Shown here: positions 39,679 through 49,700 of the stretch, in pieces | How positions within the stretch are numbered: position 1 is the first letter of the stretch | Layout of the letters: each line of letters opens with the position of its first letter | DNA from: a virus | Length of the DNA stretch: 64,000 nucleotides | Virus record (IMG/VR): IMGVR_UViG_3300012953_000015 | Coordinates: 32,001-96,000 of that record | Strand: one strand, 5' to 3' | Notes under the pieces: model-generated | What the model saw: the letters and a program-made list of their open reading frames with translations, nothing else | What the model was told of the DNA's origin: nothing | The model's database searches: none | Made by a program: the position numbers and the translations under genes

Positions 39679-40835
39679 CATTTAAAGAAACCCTCAGACC
39701 AACGCCGTTTGGATTTTTCGATGCAGATCCGATTTTTTCATCGGAAGCAGATTCAATGGTGACCTTTGTCAAACGTAAGCTTGGCGATGATATTTTATCA
39801 GTAGAATTAACAAAAAAACAAATTTGGTCGTGCTTTGAAGAATCTTTTTTAGAGTACGGTAGAATCGTTCTAGAAGCTCATGGAAAGTCTCAGTTGACTA
39901 ACTTATTAGGTATCCCAACTGGATCGCTTTCTGGTGCCGAAGCCTTACACCCAAGACAGAATCTAGAGTTTGCTTTAAGAGCAGCTGAGCCTTACGCTGG
40001 AGAAGCAGGCGTTGGAGGATCTTATTCGGTTTTTTCTGGTTCTATTGATATGAAGACAGAAGTTCAAGATTACGACATTTATGAAACCCTTAAAGATGGG
40101 AATGGCGACTTAGTCGTAAGCAGTAGTTTAAACTCTCCAAGAACTAAGTTAAAAATATTAGAAGTTTGCCATTTTTCTCCACAAAATGCATATAGATTCT
40201 TTGATACAACTTCCGCTATCAATTATTTGAATAACGAATTTAGTTTTGAATCTTTCACTCCGGAAACTGTCTTTTATGTTTTACCGGTTTTTGAAGATAT
40301 TTTGCGCGCCGGCCAAATGGATATATCTAACAGGATCAGAAGATCAAACTATTCTTATAAGATTATGGGAGGGAAGCTTAGGATATATCCTATTCCTCAA
40401 AAAGATAAAAAGCTTTGGATAAAATTTTCCTATGCGCCCGACCCTATAAATCCACAAGTTAAAGATGAAACTATATACGGAGTTTCAAATCTTTCAAACG
40501 TTCCTTTTGGAAATTTAAATTATTCTAAAGTTAATGAAATAGGAAGACAGTGGGTTAGGCAATATTCCTTAGCATTATCTAAAGAGCTTTTAGGATTAAT
40601 TCGTTCAAAGTTTTCTTCTGTTCCGCTTCCTGACGGAGATTTAAGCCTCAACGGCTCTGATTTGATATCGCAAGGAAGAGAAGATCAAAGTAGCTTAAGA
40701 GATAAAATGGTTGAACTATTAGATACCTTATCTTATGGTAATTTACTAAAGTCAGAAGCTGAATCTGCTGAAGCTATACAAACAGTTTTAAAATCAGTTC
40801 CTATACCACTTGGCAAAGCGATTACTCTAGGGTAA
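39672..40835 (+). CDS. Neck protein / head-tail adaptor (T4 gp13-like)
   Basis: RKLG..ILSVELT..QI; YSLALSKELLGLIRSKFSSVPLPDGDLSLNG. Confidence 0.85.
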   Translation: MSSFKETLRPTPFGFFDADPIFSSEADSMVTFVKRKLGDDILSVELTKKQIWSCFEESFLEYGRIVLEAHGKSQLTNLLGIPTGSLSGAEALHPRQNLEFALRAAEPYAGEAGVGGSYSVFSGSIDMKTEVQDYDIYETLKDGNGDLVVSSSLNSPRTKLKILEVCHFSPQNAYRFFDTTSAINYLNNEFSFESFTPETVFYVLPVFEDILRAGQMDISNRIRRSNYSYKIMGGKLRIYPIPQKDKKLWIKFSYAPDPINPQVKDETIYGVSNLSNVPFGNLNYSKVNEIGRQWVRQYSLALSKELLGLIRSKFSSVPLPDGDLSLNGSDLISQGREDQSSLRDKMVELLDTLSYGNLLKSEAESAEAIQTVLKSVPIPLGKAITLG

Positions 40836-40839
40836 AAAA

Positions 40840-41505
40840 ATGGCAAGACTTTTTATAACACCAAGAGAGATTGATTTTATATCAGATCTAACAAAAGAAA
40901 TCAATAAAGACGTTATTGGTCAAAAAGTTTTTTATTATAAAATAAGAACAGACCTTACAAATATTCATGAGGTTTACGAAGAAGCAGTTACGAAAGTTTT
41001 TGATCCCCCTGTCGAAGTAGAAGCTAGAGTTAAATGGGATCCAGCTGAAGTTAGAACAAACAAATTCGGAACTGAAACTTTTAGATCTGTTGAAGTCTAT
41101 ATTCACTATAGGGACATTTTGGATAGAGATTTAGAAATTAAAGAAGGTGATTACCTGAGTTACGGAGATATATTTTTTGAAGTGACATCTGCTACTTTTT
41201 CTAATTTAATTTTTGGTCAAATAGAGTATAAAACTGGAATTAAGTTAGTTTGCAAGCAAGCTAGAAAAGGGCAAATTGATGTGTTGCCGAATGGTCCAAC
41301 TGATGAATCTCTTAAAGAATTAGACGAAAAAGCAGTTCAGAAAACATTCGTTCAGCAACGAGGTAAAAGCGAAAATAAATTAGGTGAAACAGGAGATGTA
41401 AGAGCTCTTCAAAAACAAGGAAAAGTTGAGACTATAATTGAAAAAGCAGCAGAAGTTTCAGAAGACAATTCAGGTGTCAGTTCTTCTTTTTATGGAGATG
41501 AATAA
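40840..41505 (+). CDS. Neck/head-closure protein (T4 gp14-like)
   Basis: Position after the gp13-like gene; VYEEA..KVF, KFG, IKEGDYL..FFEV pattern. Confidence 0.7.
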   Translation: MARLFITPREIDFISDLTKEINKDVIGQKVFYYKIRTDLTNIHEVYEEAVTKVFDPPVEVEARVKWDPAEVRTNKFGTETFRSVEVYIHYRDILDRDLEIKEGDYLSYGDIFFEVTSATFSNLIFGQIEYKTGIKLVCKQARKGQIDVLPNGPTDESLKELDEKAVQKTFVQQRGKSENKLGETGDVRALQKQGKVETIIEKAAEVSEDNSGVSSSFYGDE

Positions 41506-41507
41506 CA

Positions 41508-42764
41508 ATGTCTAGTAGATATAACGCGAAAGAGGGAGCTGGAGGAAAAGTTAATTTAGGTTACCAAGAAGGTGAAGAAGTATCAGGACTATTTATTCCT
41601 TCGTGTACTGTAGAAGACGTTGATAGATCTGTTTTTAATTTATTTGAAAAAGATCTCAATTTTACAGTAAAAGGAAACAAAAACCCGGTAAAGATGCCAG
41701 TCATATTTGCTACTGGCGAACGCTTCGCTATTTTGGCAAGAAAAAAGCCTTTAAGAGACTCTACTGATACATTAATATTGCCTCTTATATCAATAATGAG
41801 AACTGGAGTAGAACATCAACCTGGCGTAGCTGAGAATGTTCCTATCGTAATTAAAAAAAGGCTCTCCCCTGAAGATGCAAGGTTTCAAGAATACATTAAC
41901 AAGCAAGGCATTTTAAACGACGATAATTTAGCTAGAGGGAAAAGTTTAAATACCCCAAGCGGAGCTTCAGAAGAAGGTACAAAAAAACTTAAGTCGGGCA
42001 TCTCTTCTGCTGGGATTACTAATCCACTCATAGAAAATTCTCTTGGTACTAATGTTTTTGAAGTTTTTGAGATTCCCCCTATTAAACATTACTTAGCTAG
42101 TTACGAAATAACATTTTGGTGTCAATATACTCAGCAAATGAATCAAGTGATGACAATATTAATGGGAGGATATACTAATAATAATAGAGCTTCTTTTAAA
42201 CTAGAGACAGATAAAGGATATTATTTTAGTGCGTTTGTAGAAGATGGTTTAAATCCTGACGTAAATTTTGATGATTTTACTGAAAATGAAAGAATAGTTA
42301 AATGTACGATTAATATGAAAGTAAACGCTTATTTAGTTGCACCAAGAACTATTGGCCAACCAACTCCAGTAAGAAGATACGTTTCAGCTCCTCATATTAG
42401 TTTTACGATGCATACTACAATGGATCCGGTATCTAAAGATTCCGAATCCCCGGTAAATTCTGGGAACGTCAATGATTATGTGCTAGAAAATCTACAGGGT
42501 GAAAATGATTCTAACCCAAAACAATCGATTGGAGGATCTACGAAGATAAAAAATTCGCAGAACAAGGATTCTTTGGGTACAACTACATTAAATAATAATA
42601 TAGGCAGTTCTGGTGATTTAGTTGAAATCGAAAAAGTCGATCCAACCACCGGACAAAAAAGGGTAATACAAGTCAGAGTTATAGACCAGAATAATAAATC
42701 TGGAGAAACAGTGATTAAAGCTAAAGGTTTCGTAGTAACTCTCGAAGATTTGATTATGAAATAA
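41508..42764 (+). CDS. Tail terminator/sheath stabiliser (T4 gp15-like)
   Basis: PVIFATGERF, LPLISIMRTG, YEITFW...QQMN; lies between neck and sheath genes. Confidence 0.7.
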   Translation: MSSRYNAKEGAGGKVNLGYQEGEEVSGLFIPSCTVEDVDRSVFNLFEKDLNFTVKGNKNPVKMPVIFATGERFAILARKKPLRDSTDTLILPLISIMRTGVEHQPGVAENVPIVIKKRLSPEDARFQEYINKQGILNDDNLARGKSLNTPSGASEEGTKKLKSGISSAGITNPLIENSLGTNVFEVFEIPPIKHYLASYEITFWCQYTQQMNQVMTILMGGYTNNNRASFKLETDKGYYFSAFVEDGLNPDVNFDDFTENERIVKCTINMKVNAYLVAPRTIGQPTPVRRYVSAPHISFTMHTTMDPVSKDSESPVNSGNVNDYVLENLQGENDSNPKQSIGGSTKIKNSQNKDSLGTTTLNNNIGSSGDLVEIEKVDPTTGQKRVIQVRVIDQNNKSGETVIKAKGFVVTLEDLIMK

Positions 42765-42799
42765 ATTAGGTAATCACAAGCAACTAGCATTTTTGTAAA

Positions 42800-42806
42800 A
42801 TAATTA
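42800..42806 (+). promoter_or_regulatory. Putative late promoter motif ATAWTTA
   Basis: ATAATTA starting 47 nt before the sheath 1 ATG. Confidence 0.5.
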
Positions 42807-42846
42807 TAATGTGGTTGCATAGTAAAAATACAGGAGAATCCACAAT

Positions 42847-45800
42847 ATGGCAGAGCAGACATTCAGATCACCAGGATTTTTTGAAAGAGAAATAGACCTA
42901 GCATCAAGGCAACAGGCAGTTTCAGGGGTACCTGGGGGATTAATTGGTACTTCACTCAAGGGACCAGCATTCGTACCTGTTACGATTGGGGATTTTGCGG
43001 ATTTCGTAAATCGCTTTGGTAGCTTAGATTCAACTCGACCGGCATCATACGCGGCATTTGAGTTCTTGAAGAAAAAAAGAGCCTTGACTTTTATGAGAGT
43101 TTTAGGCGCCGGCGCAAACCAGACGGCAGCTGATAGATCAGCCACTCTTTCAAAGGGAATTGTAAAAGGAGCTGGTTTTAGAGTTCATGGTAAGCAAACC
43201 ACGATTAACAGGAAGAATATCGCACATTCAGATGATTCAGAGACTTTTACATCTGTCTCTGTTTTAGATGGTGCTCCTTTCTTAATTACTGGTCAGCATA
43301 AAACAGATGTTCACGGCAAGTCTCTTTGGGCAGCAAACACTCACCCAGTTTTAAATGACAACCCAAGTTTCAATGCCGATGGATACGCTTCAATGTTACG
43401 TGGTGTTGTTTATACCGCAGCTGGATACAGACTCTCAGCTATGGGAGTTGGCGATACATATACATATGGTTCTCTTGATCCAGCTGGCGATGATGCTAAA
43501 GCAGCAACTCAAACTCCAGTCGCAGCTGATGCTAATGGCGGTTTAGTTTTTAACAACAACCTCGCTAACGTCAACGCCGGTATCTCGATGGGTGTAAACT
43601 ATACTGGCGCTGACGTTACTGTTTATACAGCAACGATATTCATGCCAGCTGCAGTTTCAGGCCACTCCGGCGGTGATACAACATATACGATAAATTTTCA
43701 AATCGGATCAGCTGCCGGAGACGAAGCTCCAGCCGTGGCAGGAAATGCAACGACGATAAACTTCGCCATGAATAATGGCGCAACAGCCGATCCTTTTGCA
43801 AAGACCCTTTCGACAGGTGCTCTAGCAGACCAATTAATCTCAATAATCAATGGTACTTTCGCTGGCGGTAGATTCACAGTCGCTGGTGGTTCACTAATTA
43901 CCGCCGGTGGAGATACAACTCTTAACGGTATTAAGAATTTAGTAGCTACAAAGACTAACGATACTGGCGTAAAGCTGGAGGTTCAAGTCAAGGGACAATC
44001 CGGTAACTCAGCAACCATAACGTTCACCAAGCCAGCTGGCGCTTTTAATGCCACTGCTCCAGCTTTGACAGCTTTCTTTGGTGCCGGTGCACCAGCCATG
44101 GCTTTTAGTGGTGGTGATGGTGATGCAGCTACGATGCTCCAGACCGATGGTCTAGTTAATTTGATGGATGCAGCAAACACAATCACAAGTCAGACATTTA
44201 AGTTGCTTCTTATTGGCAAAGATTCTCAGTCTAGCGTCCACCGAACAATTACAGCAAGTTTAGATCCTGAGCATCCCGCTTATATTTCAAAGGTTCTTAA
44301 CACCGATCCTAATCAGTTCACATCTCAAAAGCATCTTCTCTATTTAGATCTTCCAGTTGAAGATGAGGTTGCTCCAGCAGCAAAAGTTTTAGTTGCTCCA
44401 CCTTCTAATCAAGCTATTGGAGATTCTCCTTTCGCTGGAGAGTACGGAAAAGCTTGGTCGTTATTAGGCAGATTAGATACTAGATACAAAACAGCTAGAA
44501 CGCCTTCGATCATTAGCCAGCCTTTTGGTTCAAAAGAGTTTGATCTTTTCCATTTTGAAGCGCTTTCGGATGGTGAGTCTGGAAATGAAGAAGTTAAAGT
44601 CTCTATTGCTAACCTCAAAGCTAGTTTGGATCCAAAAAATAAATTTGGAACATTCGATGTACTAGTCAGAAGATTTAGAGATTTAGATCTTGAACCAGAA
44701 GTTCTAGAAGCTTATCCAGCATGTTCACTCGATCCGGATAGCGAGCAGTTTATTGCTCGAGTGATTGGTGATTATAAGGCACAATATAATTTTGATGCTG
44801 ATTTAGAAGAAGAAAGAAGAGTAGTTGTCAGTGGAAAATACCCAAATCGATCTCTCTACGTTAGAGTAAGGTTGAGCGGAATGTATGAAAGCGGAGAAGT
44901 TCCGGATTCTGCTCTTCCGTTCGGCTTCAGAGGAATTCCAGTTCTTAAGACTTCGGAATCTCTTACAGATTCTGCATTAGTTGCTCTAAAAGATGGTTCT
45001 GATATTTTAGGTAATGCATTTGGTTCAGCAGCTGATTTAATCACTGGAGATAAGACAAGAATCGACACTAGCATCTTAATTGATGAAACAAATCGAAGAG
45101 ATGCATCTTTAGCTTCTCCAGTCTTTCCTCCTCTTCCTTATAGATATAAGGTTACTCGTGGACAAATGATGTCAGGATCTCAAGTTCCTTCTGGGCATCC
45201 AGCTTTAACTGAAAAAGTTGAATCTAAACTTTATTGGGGATTGAAATCTGAAAGGGTTCCATTGACTGGTTCAACTTCTTATTCTATTCTTAACCCTAAT
45301 GCTGGTGGTGTATTTAACGAGCTCATTCATGGCTACACTAAATTTCAAGGTTTAGTTGAGTCTGGTGCTTTACTCACCGGTTCAGCAGTTGATGCTTTTA
45401 ATTCTAACAAATTTACTTTGGCGAAAGTTGCTCTGAACATTACTGGATCTGATCCACTCAATATTGCTAGCAACATAACTGGCTCAGCAAGAGATCACAT
45501 GCTCGAAGCTGTTTATTTAAGAGACGCTAAGGTAGAAGGAAGTAGTTACATTGTAACAGATCCCGCTGGTCCAGTTGGCCGAGTAACTATGGCAACCCTA
45601 GTTTCTTCTTCATCAATTAAGTTTAACAGGTTTACAGTATACAACAAATTTACTGTACCGTTGTACGGAGGTTTTGATGGAGTAAACATGCTAGATTCTG
45701 ATATGAGAAGGTTGAATGATAGAGCTAGCTCAGCCGATGCTCCTCCAGGATTTTTTGGTAAAGCATCAACGGAATTTGATACAAACTTTACGCAGTTAAC

Positions 45801-46755
45801 AGGACTGTACGAAGGTAAGCCAGGAATTGGCCAAAGAAATAGCACAGTTATAACATATAGAGAAGCTGCTAATATTATGACTGACCCAATGACAGTAAGT
45901 CACAACATTCTTGCAATCCCGGGGATAAAAGATTCCTTTGTTACAGATCATACAGCTGATTTAACAAAAGAATATTCGTTAGCAATTTATCTAATGGATA
46001 TTCCTTCTTTTTCTGAAGGAAACACACGATTATTTGGAACTGAAGACAGAACAGCTTTCGTATCTGGTTCAGTTTCATCTCCGGATGTTAGGGAAACAGC
46101 AGAACAATTTTCTTCAAGAGCAGTAGACAATAACTACTCAGCAGCTTATTTTCCAGATATAGTTATAGCTGACGAAGTTAACTCTACTCGAGTTAAAGTC
46201 CCAGCCTCAGTTGCTGCAATGAAGGCTTTATCATTTAGCGATTCTGTTTCTTTCCCATGGTTTGCACCAGCTGGATTTAATCGTGGCGCTTTAGATAACG
46301 TAACTAACGTCGATGTAAGATTGACCGCCGGAGACAGAGACGAACTTTATGATGCTCGAATCAATCCTATCGCAAATTTCCCTGATGGTGGAATTGTTAT
46401 CTTCGGCCAAAAGACGCTACAGATGGCTAAGTCTGCTCTTGATAGAGTAAACGTAAGAAGAATGCTTCTAGAAGTCAAGAGGCTGATTACAAGAATCGCG
46501 CAGAGATTACTATTTGAACCAAACAATTCTGAAACTAGAGCAAGGTTCATTAATTTAGTAACACCTCTCTTGACAACGGTACAAGCTCAAGCTGGTATCG
46601 ATAGTTTTAAGATTGTGATGGATGATACAAACAACTCAACAGAAGATGTTGAAAACAATCGCCTGAACGGTAGAATAGTTGTTGTACCAACTAGGGCAAT
46701 TGAGTTTATCGCGATAGATTTTATAATTACTAATAGCGGAATCTCATTTGAATAA
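42847..46755 (+). CDS. Contractile tail sheath protein 1 (gp18-like)
   Basis: SPGFFEREIDL, KGPAFVP, WFAPAGFNRG, DRVNVRR, FEPN, PTRAIEFIAIDF. Confidence 0.93.
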   Translation: MAEQTFRSPGFFEREIDLASRQQAVSGVPGGLIGTSLKGPAFVPVTIGDFADFVNRFGSLDSTRPASYAAFEFLKKKRALTFMRVLGAGANQTAADRSATLSKGIVKGAGFRVHGKQTTINRKNIAHSDDSETFTSVSVLDGAPFLITGQHKTDVHGKSLWAANTHPVLNDNPSFNADGYASMLRGVVYTAAGYRLSAMGVGDTYTYGSLDPAGDDAKAATQTPVAADANGGLVFNNNLANVNAGISMGVNYTGADVTVYTATIFMPAAVSGHSGGDTTYTINFQIGSAAGDEAPAVAGNATTINFAMNNGATADPFAKTLSTGALADQLISIINGTFAGGRFTVAGGSLITAGGDTTLNGIKNLVATKTNDTGVKLEVQVKGQSGNSATITFTKPAGAFNATAPALTAFFGAGAPAMAFSGGDGDAATMLQTDGLVNLMDAANTITSQTFKLLLIGKDSQSSVHRTITASLDPEHPAYISKVLNTDPNQFTSQKHLLYLDLPVEDEVAPAAKVLVAPPSNQAIGDSPFAGEYGKAWSLLGRLDTRYKTARTPSIISQPFGSKEFDLFHFEALSDGESGNEEVKVSIANLKASLDPKNKFGTFDVLVRRFRDLDLEPEVLEAYPACSLDPDSEQFIARVIGDYKAQYNFDADLEEERRVVVSGKYPNRSLYVRVRLSGMYESGEVPDSALPFGFRGIPVLKTSESLTDSALVALKDGSDILGNAFGSAADLITGDKTRIDTSILIDETNRRDASLASPVFPPLPYRYKVTRGQMMSGSQVPSGHPALTEKVESKLYWGLKSERVPLTGSTSYSILNPNAGGVFNELIHGYTKFQGLVESGALLTGSAVDAFNSNKFTLAKVALNITGSDPLNIASNITGSARDHMLEAVYLRDAKVEGSSYIVTDPAGPVGRVTMATLVSSSSIKFNRFTVYNKFTVPLYGGFDGVNMLDSDMRRLNDRASSADAPPGFFGKASTEFDTNFTQLTGLYEGKPGIGQRNSTVITYREAANIMTDPMTVSHNILAIPGIKDSFVTDHTADLTKEYSLAIYLMDIPSFSEGNTRLFGTEDRTAFVSGSVSSPDVRETAEQFSSRAVDNNYSAAYFPDIVIADEVNSTRVKVPASVAAMKALSFSDSVSFPWFAPAGFNRGALDNVTNVDVRLTAGDRDELYDARINPIANFPDGGIVIFGQKTLQMAKSALDRVNVRRMLLEVKRLITRIAQRLLFEPNNSETRARFINLVTPLLTTVQAQAGIDSFKIVMDDTNNSTEDVENNRLNGRIVVVPTRAIEFIAIDFIITNSGISFE

Positions 46756-46780
46756 GGTAAAAAACAGGAGAAATTAACAG

Positions 46781-49700
46781 ATGGCAGAATTGACATTTAA
46801 AAGTCCAGGGGTAAGTACTCGAGAAATCGACCTTTCAGGCCCATCAAGAACCGGTCCGGTTGGGACTCCAGCCGGCGTAATCGGTACTGCAACAAAGGGT
46901 AGAGCTTTTGTACCCTTAGTTTTTGCTAACCTCTCAGAGTTCGTTGCTGAGTTTGGCTCAGTAGGTTCTGACAAGTTCGGCCCTATGGCATTGAGAGAAT
47001 GGTTTACGAATGCTCGAGCAGGTCTTTATCTTAAGGTCCTTGGGGCTGGAGACGGAAAAGCTAGGTTAGACTCTTTTACTTCTGCAAATGCTAAAGGTGA
47101 AAGACAGCAAGCCGGTTCAGTTTTGAATGCTGGTTTCATTGTTGGAGAAAGGCAAGTTGATCCAGGGACTGGTCGATTAGCTCATAACCCATATGCTGGT
47201 AGCAACGTCGCTCCTGTACAAGCTGTCGGTAAGATTACATTTGGTGGAGTCGGAACAGCTGGTCACATGATTACCCTTACTTCAACTGGCGGAGTCGTAA
47301 AGACATATAAGTTTGTTAATGAAGCAACTTCAGAGACGGGTAACTTAGATGGAACCGCAGTCAAAGTTTCGATCCAGGGAGGCGGCGATGCAGCCTCGAT
47401 GGCTGACCAACTCCAAGACGCGATCAATAATGCGACAAACGGACATGGTTCAGAAGCAGCTGCAACTCGCTTAGTAGCCTCTGCCGTTGATGGAGAAGAT
47501 GCTCAAGTTGCATTAACACAAGCCGCTGGTCAAGCTGGTAATATTAAAATTAGATCACATCAGGCCGCCGTTACTGGTACAGCAGCTGCTAATGTTACCA
47601 TAACTACAGATTTTACCGCTGGAGTTGATGGTCAAGGTGCTCCTGGACAAACTCATGTTCTTGGCTGCTTAATGAGGGAAGTTGCTCACGCTAAAGCGAA
47701 GACAACTATTACAGTTTCTACTCACGGCTCAGCTCTTGCTCCAGCTGGTGGTGACTTCACTAAAATCGTCGGTAAAGGAATTACCTTAACTTCTACTGAC
47801 GGAACAACGAAGCAGTATGTTATTGTTGATAACGCTACAGCCGATAAAGATCCAGTAGCTGGAGGAAATCAAGCTTTCGTTACAGGCGATTTAATTGAAG
47901 CAGCTGATGTTTTAGGAACAGCCGTTACAGTTACATCTACTGATTCGCGAATCGGCGCAGTTGCAGTTGCTATTCCAAACGTAACGTCATCCACCCAGCA
48001 GACTTTATTAGCTCAATTGCTTACTGCTATTAATAGTAGCAATGGCCATAATGCCGGTACAAGCGCAGCAAACTCTACTAAGATAAAAGCGCTTAATGCA
48101 GTAAACGGAACTCTTACTCTAGATCAAGTCAAGTTTGGTCGATCGGGAAACACTGATGTAGTTACCGATATTACATTGTCGGTAGTTACTGTTGGTACTG
48201 CTTTCACTGGTGGTCTCGGAGAGCTTATTTTCCAAGAATCAGGTGTTGGTCTAGATGCAGCAACTCCAGCGACAGGAGTTAAATTCGCTCCAGTTGCAAG
48301 AGGCATATTAATGTTTGCTTCAGGCGTTGTTCCTTCGATGTCGTCTTCAAGAGCTTCGGTATCAAATAACACTGCAATCGGTCAAAGAGCTTCTGAAGAT
48401 TCAAAGAAAGCTACTGCGACAATTACATTGAACGGCGAGATTGCTGCCGGTAAAAAATTCATCTTAGTCGATGCCGCTGGAGTGACTCAAACTTACACTG
48501 CTGGTGCTAACGATCCTGCAAACGGTGCCTTCGATAGAGATGGTGGCAATACCGTTAATGCGGCTTCGATTGCAGGGTGTATTAACCAGGGTGGCGGTCG
48601 AACAATTGGAATAACTGCAGTAGCCACCGGTGCTGTTATCAAGTTGACGCAAGATGCTGCAGGGGTCGCAGGAAATACTGTCATCTTAAGCGATTTAGAT
48701 ACAGCTACGGTATCAGGCGCTTCAGGAACTACTCTACCAGGATTCTTCTCTGGTGGCACAACATCAGTAGCAAGAGTTTCTGCAAATTCTTCTAGGACTT
48801 TCGGAACACTTGAAGGACTAGATAATGGTGGATCAGCTCTTGGTGCAATTGATGTAAAAGACAGCAAACAAGAATTTGTCATGCTTCTTAACGGCCACAA
48901 ACCAACTGGAGCGTATCCAAATGCCCTTACAGCTTCATTTGATCCGCAAGCAACAAATTACTTTGCTAATATACTCAATACAAACCCAGAAGCTTTACAG
49001 GAAGCTGGACACCTTCTTTATACTCACTATGATGTCTTCAGTTCTTATGCTATCCCAGCTGGTACAGACAATCCTTATTTATCTGCTGCAGAGCGAGCTG
49101 CGAATAGCGGAAAATCTGGGCTAACTAACAATACTCAAGAACTAAGAGAAGTTGGATTCTTGATGAGATCACAGTGGGATAGAAATGTTTCAGCTGTTGC
49201 ATATCCAAGCTTAGAAGATTTCTCAGACCGTTTCAGAACTGCAGTTTCTCCAACTATAAGATCACAGAAGTTCGGTGGAGAATCTCAAGATTTATTTAAG
49301 GTTCACTCTTTAGATGATGGATCAGGCGGAAATGCTGAATATAAGATTACTATAGAGAATATCAAGCGTTCTCAAAGCGAAAAAGATAGGTATGGACAGT
49401 TTGATTTGGTTGTTAGAGATTTCAATGACAACGATAGAGAACCAGTTGCTTTAGAAAGATTCTCAGCTCTTTCATTAAACCCTCAATCTGATCGATATAT
49501 CTGCAGGATTATTGGCGATTATAGATTGTTTTATGATTTTGATAAGCGCCCAGGTTCACAAAAGGTTTCATTGACAGGAAAGCACCCTAATGTATCTAAT
49601 TACATCAGGATTGAAGCCTCTACTGCTGTTGATGAGAAGACAATCGACCCGACTGCCCTTCCGTTTGGGTTTAGGGGAGTTCCTAGATTATCTATCAATG

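Noticed and set aside
42780-42846. Alternative pairings GCAAC/GTTGC and TGTGG/CCACA around the sheath 1 RBS
   Set aside because: Only 5-bp stems with long loops and no covariation support.
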